A stretch of DNA of 26,711 nucleotides from Myxococcota bacterium. GTDB lineage: Bacteria; Myxococcota_A; UBA796; CAJQPC01. Position numbers and translations under genes: made by a program. Positions 6,310 to 16,447 of this stretch are shown here, piece by piece. Each line of letters begins with the position of its first letter. The stretch's first letter is position 1. Under the pieces are notes generated by a model. It was not told the origin of the DNA, did no database searches, and worked only from the letters and a program-made list of their open reading frames with translations. Location of the stretch: contig DASCPX010000061.1 in the NCBI GenBank assembly GCA_036012755.1, positions 1 through 26,711 on the forward strand. Reading direction: 5' to 3'.

Positions 6310-8124
6310 TTGATTGAGAGGTCCCCGGTGGAAGAGCACGAAAAGGGCCGCGCGGCTTTCGAGAGTGACGAGGCATTCAGGCTCCATGCCCTGCGGCACA
6401 GCGCGGCCCACGTGATGGCCGAGGCCATCGGCCAGATCTTCGAGGGGGCCAAGTTCACGGTCGGGCCGCCGATCAAGGACGGCTTCTTCTACGACGTCGA
6501 CGTCGACCGCCCAATCACAGAGGACGATCTCGTCGCGATCGAGAAGGCCATGAAGCGCATCTGCAAGCAGAACGCGCCCTTCGTGAAGAGCGTCTTGTCC
6601 CGCGACGAGGCCTCCGCGCTGTTCACCGAGCTCGATCAGCCCTACAAGGTCGAGCGTGTGTCGATGCTGCCAGAGGACGAGGAGATCAGCATCTACGTGC
6701 AGGGTGGCTTCACGGACCTCTGCCGGGGTCCGCACGTCCAGCGCACGCGCAACTGCCGTCACTTCAAGCTCCTGAAGGTCTCCGGCGCATACCTTCACGG
6801 CGACTCCAAGAACAAGCAGCTCCAGCGGGTCTATGGGACCGTCTGGCCCACGCGCGATGCGCTCGACGCATACATGTTCCGCCTGGAGGAGGCCAAAAAG
6901 CGCGACCACCGCCGCCTCGGCACGAAGCTCGGCCTCTTCCTCTTCCACGACTACAGCCCGGGGGCGCCCTTCTGGCTCCCCAGGGGCGAGGACCTCTACC
7001 ACACGCTCTCGGAGGCCATGCGGACGCTGCTCGTTCGTGGAGGCTACAGCCCGGTCAAGACGCCCCTGATCTTCGACAAGAGGCTCTGGGAGCGCAGTGG
7101 CCACTGGGACCACTACCAGGAGGGCATGTACCACTTCGCCGATGGCCACTACGCGGAGGGCGACTCCGACGAAGAGGACGACAGCAGCATCCTCGGTCTG
7201 AAGCCGATGAACTGTCCCTCCCACATGCTCATCTTCGCGAGCAAGAAGCGCAGCTACCGGGAGCTCCCGCTGCGCATCCACGACCAGGGCGTGCTCCACC
7301 GCAACGAGCTGCGCGGGACCCTCAGCGGGCTCACGCGGGTGCGCCAGTTCTGCCAGGACGACGCCCACATCTTCTGCACAGAGGAACAGATCGAGGGCGA
7401 GGTGAAGCAGCTGCTCGAACTCGTCGAGGTGCTGTACACCGCCTTCGGCCTCGGCTTCCGAGCCAAGCTCTCCACGCGACCGGAGGACAAGCTCGGCTCG
7501 GACGAACTCTGGGACCAGGCGGAGGACGCCCTGAAGGCTGCGCTGGACAGCGCCGGCCTCGACTACGAATTGAACGAGGGCGACGGGGCCTTCTACGGTC
7601 CGAAGATCGACTTCGATGTCCTCGACGCGTTGGAGCGGCAGTGGCAGTGCGCCACGATCCAGCTGGACTTCCAGATCCCTCGCCGCTTCGAGCTGTCCTA
7701 TGTCGGGGCCGACAACGAGGAGCACACGCCGGTGGTGGTGCACCGCGCCGTGTTCGGCAGCTTCGAGCGCTTCATCGGCATCCTCATCGAGCACTACGCC
7801 GGGGCCTTCCCTGTCTGGCTGACCCCGGAGCAGGTCCGGGTGGCGACGGTCTCGGAGAAGTCACGAGAGTATGGTGCGCGGGTCTTCGAGGCCCTGCGCG
7901 TCGCGGGCGTGAAGGCCACTCTCGATGACGGTGACCAGAAGATCGGCAAGAAGATCCGGATGTGGCACGGGGATCTCGTTCCCTACCTCGCCGTCATCGG
8001 CGAGAAGGAGCAAGCAGCAGGCACGGTGACGATCCGTTCGCGCGAGGGCCTGGAAGGCGGAACGCTGACCCTGGAGGCTTTCGTGGCTCGTGTCCTCGCC
8101 GAGTCGGAGGCCCCGTTCTTGTAG
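6310..8124 (+). CDS. thrS: Threonine--tRNA ligase (lacks the N-terminal TGS domain)
   Basis: RHSAAHVMAEA, GFFYD, DLCRGPHV, KRDHRRLG, SGHWDHY, KPMNCPSH, GLTRVRQF, GAFYGPKID, QLDF, HRAVFGSFERFIGILIEH. Start is TTG 6310 (GAGGAG RBS) or GTG 6328. Confidence 0.97.
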   Translation: MIERSPVEEHEKGRAAFESDEAFRLHALRHSAAHVMAEAIGQIFEGAKFTVGPPIKDGFFYDVDVDRPITEDDLVAIEKAMKRICKQNAPFVKSVLSRDEASALFTELDQPYKVERVSMLPEDEEISIYVQGGFTDLCRGPHVQRTRNCRHFKLLKVSGAYLHGDSKNKQLQRVYGTVWPTRDALDAYMFRLEEAKKRDHRRLGTKLGLFLFHDYSPGAPFWLPRGEDLYHTLSEAMRTLLVRGGYSPVKTPLIFDKRLWERSGHWDHYQEGMYHFADGHYAEGDSDEEDDSSILGLKPMNCPSHMLIFASKKRSYRELPLRIHDQGVLHRNELRGTLSGLTRVRQFCQDDAHIFCTEEQIEGEVKQLLELVEVLYTAFGLGFRAKLSTRPEDKLGSDELWDQAEDALKAALDSAGLDYELNEGDGAFYGPKIDFDVLDALERQWQCATIQLDFQIPRRFELSYVGADNEEHTPVVVHRAVFGSFERFIGILIEHYAGAFPVWLTPEQVRVATVSEKSREYGARVFEALRVAGVKATLDDGDQKIGKKIRMWHGDLVPYLAVIGEKEQAAGTVTIRSREGLEGGTLTLEAFVARVLAESEAPFL

Positions 8125-8233
8125 TTCTGCAAGAGCTGCAAAAACACGCTAGTACACATTCCTTGCGCAATATGTTTTTTCGAATGTCTTAGCGCTCGGT
8201 TCCGATATCGTGGCGTCTTCCTTGGAGGCCCCG

Positions 8234-9271
8234 ATGTCGCTGGCGTTGCTTCTTGCTTGCAGCATCGAGAACGGCATCGTCAACGCCAACCAGGACGTCG
8301 TCGAGCCAGTCGCCTTCGCGCCCACCATCGAGTACCCCAACGTCGACATGAGCGTCGATGTCGCCCTCCAGAAGATGGAGTGGGGCGACTCGGTCACCCG
8401 GTGCCAGATCCAGGTCGCCTTCCACAAGCTCGCCGAGGGTGAGGCTCCGGTGACCGAACACGGCGGCGGCGAAGAGGGCGGCGGCAACGTCATCGACATC
8501 CCCGATGCGCCCGGTACCTGCCTCTTCTCGGAGCTCGACTACTCCGGGAGCGAACAGGGTCCCCCCAGCGAAGATGAGACCTACGGAGACGACGGAACGG
8601 ACCCGGATTCGGACAACTGGCAGGAAGCGGGCAATCTCTCCGGAGCTCCCGAGATCTACCTGCACAGCGTGGACCGCACCATCGTCCTGCACCGCCAGCC
8701 TCTCGAGGATGGCCGTGTTCGCTACGAGTGGGACGGCTGTGACGCGGACACCTTCCCCTTCGGCGAGGTCTTCGACATCGAGGTTCCGAACTCCGACGAG
8801 GACGATTCGCTGCCCGGCTTCTACGTGGTCGAGGCCTTTGGGATCGGCACCGACATGGAGCTCGGCGAGCCCGTTCCCAACGACACCCACCGCCTGAGCC
8901 ACGCCAACCACATCGATCTCTGGTCTGACTGGCGGCACCTGGGCCAGATCCCCGAGGTGCGAGGACAGGACCTGCTGCGCGACGTCAAGTTGTTCATCCG
9001 CAACTACGAGCATGGTGGCGGGCCGGAGTTCGAGGCCCTCGCCTGCGATCCCCCCGGCGACTGGTCGGAGATCCGCGATGACGATCTCCAGTCCCTCACA
9101 CCGAACGCGACATCGAGCGCGGCGGACGCTCCGCTCTACGCGGCCTTCCAGGTCGATGCCCACTACGACAGCCCAGAGATCGAGTTGCCTTGGGGCCAGA
9201 CCATGCGGATCCGCAGCACGATCACGGAAGGCGGCACGCTGCACCTGTGGGAAGACGACTCGGCGCTGTGA
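8234..9271 (+). CDS. Hypothetical acidic lipoprotein
   Basis: GGAGG RBS; MSLALLLAC lipobox; GC3-rich codons; several Cys; no family recognised. Confidence 0.8.
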   Translation: MSLALLLACSIENGIVNANQDVVEPVAFAPTIEYPNVDMSVDVALQKMEWGDSVTRCQIQVAFHKLAEGEAPVTEHGGGEEGGGNVIDIPDAPGTCLFSELDYSGSEQGPPSEDETYGDDGTDPDSDNWQEAGNLSGAPEIYLHSVDRTIVLHRQPLEDGRVRYEWDGCDADTFPFGEVFDIEVPNSDEDDSLPGFYVVEAFGIGTDMELGEPVPNDTHRLSHANHIDLWSDWRHLGQIPEVRGQDLLRDVKLFIRNYEHGGGPEFEALACDPPGDWSEIRDDDLQSLTPNATSSAADAPLYAAFQVDAHYDSPEIELPWGQTMRIRSTITEGGTLHLWEDDSAL

Positions 9272-9318
9272 GCCCCGGATAGGGGACTTCGGGGCGCGGG
9301 GACGGTTACTCGCCAGGC

Positions 9319-10320
9319 ATGCAGATCCACTTCGACGAGGGCATCACCCTCGACCAGTTCCTCATGGAGGCCGGCCACGCGCATCCTAGGCGAACCGGCC
9401 AGTTCGTCACGCTGCTGAAGCAGGTCACCCTGGCCGCGAAGATGGTGTCCAGCCGGGTCAATCGAGCAGGTCTCGCCGGGATGATCGGTACCACCGGCGA
9501 GACGAACATCCAGGGCGAGTTCGTCATGAAGCTCGACGTCTACGCCAACGAGACCATCAAGAAGGCGCTGGCCCACGCCGGCGTCTGCTGCCTCGTCGTG
9601 TCGGAGGAGGAAGAGCACCTCATCCACATCCCCGAGCGCTTTCAACGCGGCTCCTACGTCTTCTGCATGGACCCCCTCGACGGCTCGAGCAACATCGACG
9701 TCAACGCCACCATCGGAACGATCTTCGGGGTCTTCCGCCGAAAGAGCCCGGAGGGTGGGCGGGGCACGCTCGAGGACGTCCTTCGGCCTGGCACCGAGCT
9801 CAGCGCTGCCGGCTATGTCATCTACGGGTCCGGCACCATCCTCGTGCTCGCCACAGAGGACACCGGCGTCAACGGCTTCACCCTCGACCCGGGCATCGGC
9901 GAGTTCTTCCTGTCGCACCCGGACATACGGCTCCAGCCCAGCGCCGGAATCTACTCGCTGAACGAGGCCTACAAGGCTCAGTGGGACCAGCGCCTCGTCG
10001 ACTACGTCGAGACGCTGAAGGCGCCCGAGCGCGACTTCTCCCAGCGCTACATCGGGAGCCTCGTCGCGGACTTCCACCGCAACCTGCTCAAGGGTGGGAT
10101 CTTCCTCTACCCGGCGACGACAAAGGCGCCCTCCGGCAAGCTGCGTGTGCTCTACGAGGCCTTCCCACTGGCCTTCATGGCGGAGATCGCCGGGGGCAAG
10201 GCGACCGATGGCGTCTCGCGCATCCTCGACATCGTGCCCACCGGACTCCACCAGCGCACCCCGCTGGTCATCGGCAACTCCGAGCTCGTCGAGGAGGCGA
10301 CCGCGGCGCTGTCTGGGTGA
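9319..10320 (+). CDS. fbp: Class 1 fructose-1,6-bisphosphatase
   Basis: NIQGE...KLDVYAN, SEE, DPLDGSSNIDVN, GTIFG, RYIGSLVADFHRNLLKGGIFLYP, GKLRVLYEAFP, LHQRTP. Confidence 0.97.
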   Translation: MQIHFDEGITLDQFLMEAGHAHPRRTGQFVTLLKQVTLAAKMVSSRVNRAGLAGMIGTTGETNIQGEFVMKLDVYANETIKKALAHAGVCCLVVSEEEEHLIHIPERFQRGSYVFCMDPLDGSSNIDVNATIGTIFGVFRRKSPEGGRGTLEDVLRPGTELSAAGYVIYGSGTILVLATEDTGVNGFTLDPGIGEFFLSHPDIRLQPSAGIYSLNEAYKAQWDQRLVDYVETLKAPERDFSQRYIGSLVADFHRNLLKGGIFLYPATTKAPSGKLRVLYEAFPLAFMAEIAGGKATDGVSRILDIVPTGLHQRTPLVIGNSELVEEATAALSG

Positions 10321-11291
10321 GGGTCGTCTCCCAGGGCCGGGTGGAGCACGTCACGGACGGCAATGAGGCGGCCACCTTCCAGGAGAGCCGGCTCGATCTG
10401 GACGGTCTCTCCATCGTGCGCACCCATCTGCCCGGCGGCGCCTCGCTGCCCCCCGTGGTGCTGGTCCACGGCTTCGCACAGAACCGCTACTCCTGGCACC
10501 TCTCCCGGCGTTCGTTGGTGGCCTGGCTCGCGCTGAGGGGCTGGGACGTGCACAACCTCGAGCTCTCCGGCCACGGTCGGTCCCGCCGAGGGCGAGGCAT
10601 GGTCTCCTTCGAGGACCACGTCGCGGACGTCCAGCGGGTGGCCGAGACGCTCGACAGCGCCTTCTTCGTCGGCCACAGCCTCGGCGGGGCCGCCTGCTAC
10701 GCGGCCGCGGCTCGCGGCGCCCCGATGGCTGGCATCGTCGGCGTGGCGGCTCTGTTCCACTTCGCGCAGCACAACTGGCTCCTGAAGGTGCTGTGCTCGA
10801 CCACCTGGGCACTTCGGCGGACCTTCATCCTGCGCCTGGGCGTGCGGACGCGGGTCGCCGGGGTCGTGCTCGGGCGGCTCTACAGGATCACCAACATCGC
10901 CGGCTACGGCTTCCCGATCAGCGGATGGTGGCCGGGGTCGATGGATCTCGAGCTGCTCCGGGAGCGCCTGGACAAGGGCATGGACTGGGCCTCGGTGCAG
11001 GTCTGGCTCGACATGAGCCGCTGGGGCGCGACCGGCCGCTGGGAGTACGAGGAGGCCTGGTCGCGCTGCGCCACGCCCGTCCTGGTCCTGGTCGGCGACG
11101 AGGATCACCTGATGCCCCTCGGCGATGCGCGCGGGGCCTACGACAGGAGCGCGAGCCCGGACCGCACCCTGCTGGTCTTCGACGATCTCAGCCACGAGGT
11201 GCACTGGGGCCACCTCGACCTCGTCCTCGGTGATCGCGCACCCAAGCATGTCTGGCCCGTGCTCCACCACTGGATGGCAGCCCGCAGCTGA
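10317..11291 (+). CDS. Alpha/beta-fold hydrolase (esterase/lipase-like)
   Basis: PVVLVHGFAQN oxyanion region; GHSLGG nucleophile elbow; GDEDHL Asp; WGHLDLVLG His. GTG overlaps the fbp stop (GTGA); alternative GTG 10341. Confidence 0.88.
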   Translation: MRVVSQGRVEHVTDGNEAATFQESRLDLDGLSIVRTHLPGGASLPPVVLVHGFAQNRYSWHLSRRSLVAWLALRGWDVHNLELSGHGRSRRGRGMVSFEDHVADVQRVAETLDSAFFVGHSLGGAACYAAAARGAPMAGIVGVAALFHFAQHNWLLKVLCSTTWALRRTFILRLGVRTRVAGVVLGRLYRITNIAGYGFPISGWWPGSMDLELLRERLDKGMDWASVQVWLDMSRWGATGRWEYEEAWSRCATPVLVLVGDEDHLMPLGDARGAYDRSASPDRTLLVFDDLSHEVHWGHLDLVLGDRAPKHVWPVLHHWMAARS

Positions 11292-11300
11292 GTCTCGGAC

Positions 11301-13385
11301 TCAGGGGCAGTCGGGGAGGTCGACGATGACGGAGTTGTTGTCCTCGTGGCACTCGCGCACGGCCTCGGCGCCGTTGGCTGAGCGATCGACGACGATCTCG
11401 ACGCGTCCCTCGGGGATGTCGGCGCGCTGGAAGCGGAAGCGGGCCGTCGCGGTCACCTCTCCTGGCTGGACGACCTCGTGGGTGAAGACCGTCGCCAGGT
11501 AGCGGCGAGTGGCGCCATCGACCGCGTAGGCTGAGACGGGGATCCAGATCGCGAGACCCGCCATGCCGCCGTTGCCCACCCGAACCGCCACGACGACCTG
11601 GCCGACCTCGCACTCCTCGTCGCAGACATCCACCAGCGGCAGCGCGTCGGCGCTGCGGCCGCCGCCCACGGGGTTCGGGTCGCCGCTGCGGAAGTTGTTG
11701 TGGGTTGGCCAGTTCGAGCTCACCGGAGAGGGCACGCCGAGGTCGTCGTCGACGTTCGTGATGCAGTAGCCGTGCTGGTTCCACACCTGTCGGTTGCCGA
11801 GCCAGCTGTCCGTCGCGCTGCCGAGGACGTAGATCCCGCCCAGCCCGACCTCGCCGTAGTGGGTGCCGGCGTTCGGAACGAGGATCTCGGTGCGTCCATC
11901 CCCGTCGACATCGACCACCGTGGGGAACTCGTGCAGGGTGCGCGACTCGTGGATGTCGTCGCGGAGGCGCACGGTGCCGTCCATGCCGGAGAAGACCTGA
12001 AGGGAGACCTCGTCGGCGTAGATGACCTCTGGTCGTCCGTCGCCCTCGAAGTCGAAGACGACGCTGCCGGTCGTGTGGCTCGAGGCGTCGATGACGGGCT
12101 GGCTCCAGTTCACCGTGCCGTCGACCTCGTAGACGGTGTACGCCGTGGCCTCGGCCACCCCGATCTCCGGGACACCGTCCGAGTCGAAGTCGGCGATCGT
12201 CGGCGGCCCGCCGTGCCCGCCGCCGACCAGCGTGGTGCGGGCGGTCTCGGTGCAGTCCGCCTCGTAGATGATGAGCTCACCGCTGGCCACGAGGGCGAAC
12301 TCGCCCACACCGTCCATGTCGAGGTCAGCCGGCCCGGGGAAGCCGTCGGTCCCGTCCGTGGCGCAGATCACGGAGCCGTCAGGGGCGTAGATCGTGTTGC
12401 CGGCGAGGACCTCCTGGATCCCGTCGAGGTCGAGGTCGGAGAGCACCGTGTGCGTCCCGAACTCCCGATTCGGTGTGCCCCGCGCCGCGCCACCAGCTCC
12501 CTTGGCGACGACCGCGCCGTCGCTGCCCTCGACGATGATGTTGCCGACGACCACCTCGACGTCGCCGTCTCCTTCGAGATCGCCGATGGCCGGAGCGTGA
12601 CCTCCGCATGTCTGGGCCGACTCGGGGGAGACCCACTCCACCGCGCCGCTGCGGTCGAAGGCGGCCAACACGCACTGGGGATCGCCGGCGTAGTCCTCGC
12701 TGGGCGGCCCCGGGTCGATCGGGACCTCGTCGCCGGTGTCGTCGGGGGGGTCTTCGGACCCGCCGGTCTCGGGCGGGCCGATCTCGGAGTCACCCCCACC
12801 GGTCTCCTGGGGATCGCCCCCACCGGGCATCCACATCGCCATCATCACGAGCTCGGGCTCACCGTCGCGGTCGATGTCGCCCAGCGCCACGTTGCTGTAG
12901 CGGTAGGGCAGGACCTGGCCCTCGCCGAGCGTCGCGCTGACGATGGTCCAGTGCTCCGCTCCGGTCGCGCCGTCGATGAGGCGGAGCGCCCCGGCGTACT
13001 GGTTGCTGTGGCTGTCCGGGTCGTCCGAGATGACGACGATGTCCGGGCTGTCGAGGTGATCGATGGTGCCGCTGCCGTCATCGTCGGTGAGCTGTCCGAC
13101 GACCGGGGCCATGACGATGTCGCTGTACTCCGGGTAGCTCCCGAAGGTCGTGCGCTGCCACTCGACGATGGCCTCGAGATCGCCGGTGACGATCTCGTGG
13201 ACGCAGGTCTCGTCGATGCCCACGTCACCGGCGAGCTCGACCTCGAACTCCTCGCAGGCGACGTAGGGGTCGGGGGCCGCCAGGCGCGGGAGCCAGCTGT
13301 CGGACAGCGGCGCCCGTACGTCCAGCTCGGGCTCGTGGAGCACGTAGTCGTGACAGCCGGTCAGGGAGAGGGCGACGATTCCCAC
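11301..13385 (-). CDS. FG-GAP/VCBS-repeat beta-propeller lipoprotein with C-terminal CARDB/Ig-like domain
   Basis: LTGC lipobox; repeated GDIDRDGEPEL, GDLEGDGDVEV, SDLDLDGIQEV, ADFDSDGVPEI, FDFEGDGRPEV, VDVDGDGRTEI; VWNQHGY; C-terminal ECHEDNN. Confidence 0.88.
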   Translation of the reverse strand: MGIVALSLTGCHDYVLHEPELDVRAPLSDSWLPRLAAPDPYVACEEFEVELAGDVGIDETCVHEIVTGDLEAIVEWQRTTFGSYPEYSDIVMAPVVGQLTDDDGSGTIDHLDSPDIVVISDDPDSHSNQYAGALRLIDGATGAEHWTIVSATLGEGQVLPYRYSNVALGDIDRDGEPELVMMAMWMPGGGDPQETGGGDSEIGPPETGGSEDPPDDTGDEVPIDPGPPSEDYAGDPQCVLAAFDRSGAVEWVSPESAQTCGGHAPAIGDLEGDGDVEVVVGNIIVEGSDGAVVAKGAGGAARGTPNREFGTHTVLSDLDLDGIQEVLAGNTIYAPDGSVICATDGTDGFPGPADLDMDGVGEFALVASGELIIYEADCTETARTTLVGGGHGGPPTIADFDSDGVPEIGVAEATAYTVYEVDGTVNWSQPVIDASSHTTGSVVFDFEGDGRPEVIYADEVSLQVFSGMDGTVRLRDDIHESRTLHEFPTVVDVDGDGRTEILVPNAGTHYGEVGLGGIYVLGSATDSWLGNRQVWNQHGYCITNVDDDLGVPSPVSSNWPTHNNFRSGDPNPVGGGRSADALPLVDVCDEECEVGQVVVAVRVGNGGMAGLAIWIPVSAYAVDGATRRYLATVFTHEVVQPGEVTATARFRFQRADIPEGRVEIVVDRSANGAEAVRECHEDNNSVIVDLPDCP

Positions 13386-13389
13386 GGGC

Positions 13390-13682
13390 TCAGCATATTG
13401 TAAAATTTTGAGAATTCAACACCCTCAGGATGATGCCGGCGAGCGGCCCTGATCGGTCCAGGTGAGGGGCGTGTCCGCCGTCGATCTCGACGAGGGTGGC
13501 GCAGCAGGCATCGATTCGCTCAGGGAGGCGATCCACTCCTCGATACCAGCTCTCGCGACCCAGCACGACGGTGGTCGGTGCAGAGATGCGACGGAGCATC
13601 CCGTGGTAGCGGTCGAGGTCGAAGGCGATCGGCGAGAGTGTTCGATGGAGCACATCCCGGGCCATGGAGAAACCCCGGAGGT
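13390..13682 (-). pseudogene. C-terminal remnant of an alpha/beta hydrolase
   Basis: '..DVLHRTLSP..LRRISAPTTVVLGRESW..LVEIDGGHAPHLDRSGPLAGII' resembles the last third of the fold, including the catalytic His. No GxSxG segment; begins at the response-regulator stop. Confidence 0.6.
13392..13419 (-). promoter_or_regulatory. Candidate sigma70-type promoter for the FG-GAP gene (leaderless)
   Basis: Minus strand reads TTGAAT-N16-TATGCT-N6-GTG in an AT-rich patch; no SD sequence. Confidence 0.5.
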
Positions 13683-14384
<702 letters not shown>

Positions 14385-14414
14385 GAGCCCAATCCTCGCA
14401 CGAACTGGGGGCGG

Positions 14415-16412
14415 CTATCTCGAGAGGGGAAGGTGGACGACGAAGCGAGCGCCGCCGTCGATGCCGTCTGTGCACTTGACCCGGCCATCATGTCGCGAGA
14501 CGGCGTCCGAGACGAAGGCCAGCCCGAGTCCGTGACCACCGGCCTTGCCGCGCCCCGGTCCTTCGACCCGGGCGAAGGGCTGGAAGATGGCCCGGCGCTT
14601 GTTGGGCGGGACTCCGATTCCATTGTCCACGACCTCCAAGACGGCGGTCGTGCCCTCCTGGCGGAGCATCACCTCCACCAGCGGTCGAGGGTGATCGTGG
14701 CGGCGGTACTTGAAGGCGTTGTCGAGCAGGCACACGACGCAGTCGCGCAACAGCGGCACGTCGCCGACTGCGAGGTCGACCGGATCGAGGCGGCGGTGCA
14801 GCGACACGCCGCCATCGGCGAAGCGGGGCTCCCACTCCCGGAGGACGTCCTCGACCAGGGCGCCGAGGTCGTAGGGAACCGGGCGGGCAGGCGCTCGGCT
14901 TCGTGCGACCGCCAGGACCTCCTCGATGCGCGCCGTGAGCTTGTCCGACTCGGCGATGATGCGGCCGGCGAAGGCCTCGACCATGGCTGGGTCGCTCGCG
15001 GCGCCGAGCTCCAGGTTCTCGGCCATCACGCGGATCCCAGCCAGCGGTGTCTTCAGCTCATGCGTGACGCGGGTCGCGAACTCCCGCTGGCGGTCGAGCA
15101 GCTCCTGCTCACGCCGATCCGCCGTCACGCGAGCGGCGAGGGCGGCGACGCCGATGATGCCGCCCACGAGGATCGGGAGGAGCTGGCTGAGGAACTGCGC
15201 CCGGTATTCCGCCTGGACGGCCAGCAGGTACTCGGGCACGAAGCCGAGACGCAGGTGGCTCAACAGCCGCGGGAAGCTCACGCTCGCGGCTGCGCTGCCG
15301 TTGCCGAAGAGGAGCTCGCCGCCGCTGTCGGTGACGACCAGACTCGCGGGGTCATCTGCGCCGAGCATGAGGTCTTCCAACAGGACCGTCTCGTTCAGCT
15401 GCACCGCCCCGAAGGTCGCCGGGGAGATCTCGCTGTAGACCAACAGGAAGTGGCTCCCGTACTGGTCGTGCACAACCCGTCGATCTGCTCCGCGCTCGGC
15501 GCGGACGGACAGCTCGCTCTTCACCTCCTTCCAGGCAGCCTGGCGCCTCTCTGCGGCCGGCAGTCGCTGCTCGATGTCCTGGGCCGGACTCGGCGCGTCG
15601 AGCAGCTCGAGCTGGTCGAGGATGGGGAAGCGCACGAAGTCCAGCGTCTGCTCGAGCACGGGGCCATCCTGGCCGACGATCTCCCGCCCCAGCTCGCTGA
15701 GCAGGGCGATGGCGTACTTGTCCCGGTCCGCCATCTGGAGGGCCTCTGCATGAAGCAGGCGGCGGATCGCCACGCGCCGGGGGGCGAGACCCAAGGCGGC
15801 GGCCCGCCGCAGATCGAGATCCTCCGGTACGCCCGTCCCCTCGAGCGCGGCTACGGCCTCGTCCGCGCGGCCCTGGGCGAGGAAGCGGCTGGCGGCCTCT
15901 GTCGCGGCGAAGAGCGCAAGGCCGGTGTCGCCCTCTGTGACGCACTTGACGAAGAGCCCGGGAGCGGAGCGGGGATCGACAGCGTCCTCTGCCAGGCGCG
16001 CAGCGCGAATGCAGCGGTTCGCGTTGAGCTCGGGCAGCGCCTCTGTCGGTGCGGGCGGCGGGAACACGAGCCTCGCCCCGAGCTCGCCGGTGACCATCTC
16101 CCACTTGTAGAAGCTGTCGAACCAGTCGACGGTCTCGCGGTAGTAGCGCTGACGAGTGAGGAGCTCCTCGCGCTCGCCGATGTCCTGGAGCCAGTCCTCG
16201 GTGCGCTGGGCGACACGGTCGTCCCACGCCCTGGCCTGCCGCTCCAGGTCTCGCGTGGCGCGGTCGATCTCCCGGGTCTCGAGGTCCTTCTGCAGCCGCC
16301 AGGCCTGCCACCCCCCCATCGCGACGAGCAGGAGCAGCGCAACGCCCAGCGCCCAGTACGAGATTCGGCGGATCGAGTTGGCGGTGACGCGTTGGATGGG
16401 GAATGCGACCAC
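14415..16412 (-). CDS. Membrane sensor histidine kinase with large extracytoplasmic domain
   Basis: Two hydrophobic TM segments; H-box VTHELKTPL; N-box LLDNAFKY; G1 DNGIGVP; F-box IFQPF; G2 GHGLGLA. Exact start uncertain. Confidence 0.93.
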   Translation of the reverse strand: MVAFPIQRVTANSIRRISYWALGVALLLLVAMGGWQAWRLQKDLETREIDRATRDLERQARAWDDRVAQRTEDWLQDIGEREELLTRQRYYRETVDWFDSFYKWEMVTGELGARLVFPPPAPTEALPELNANRCIRAARLAEDAVDPRSAPGLFVKCVTEGDTGLALFAATEAASRFLAQGRADEAVAALEGTGVPEDLDLRRAAALGLAPRRVAIRRLLHAEALQMADRDKYAIALLSELGREIVGQDGPVLEQTLDFVRFPILDQLELLDAPSPAQDIEQRLPAAERRQAAWKEVKSELSVRAERGADRRVVHDQYGSHFLLVYSEISPATFGAVQLNETVLLEDLMLGADDPASLVVTDSGGELLFGNGSAAASVSFPRLLSHLRLGFVPEYLLAVQAEYRAQFLSQLLPILVGGIIGVAALAARVTADRREQELLDRQREFATRVTHELKTPLAGIRVMAENLELGAASDPAMVEAFAGRIIAESDKLTARIEEVLAVARSRAPARPVPYDLGALVEDVLREWEPRFADGGVSLHRRLDPVDLAVGDVPLLRDCVVCLLDNAFKYRRHDHPRPLVEVMLRQEGTTAVLEVVDNGIGVPPNKRRAIFQPFARVEGPGRGKAGGHGLGLAFVSDAVSRHDGRVKCTDGIDGGARFVVHLPLSR

Positions 16413-16447
16413 GACGCGGGTGGTTCCGGCAAGTTAAGGAGCCGCCG

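Noticed and set aside
9269..9295. UGA stop followed by a GCCCCG...CGGGGC hairpin as a possible SECIS/selenocysteine read-through
   Set aside because: The read-through frame is not in frame with fbp and looks non-coding. There is no redox-motif context and the stem starts immediately at the UGA. No convincing selenoprotein was seen in the window.
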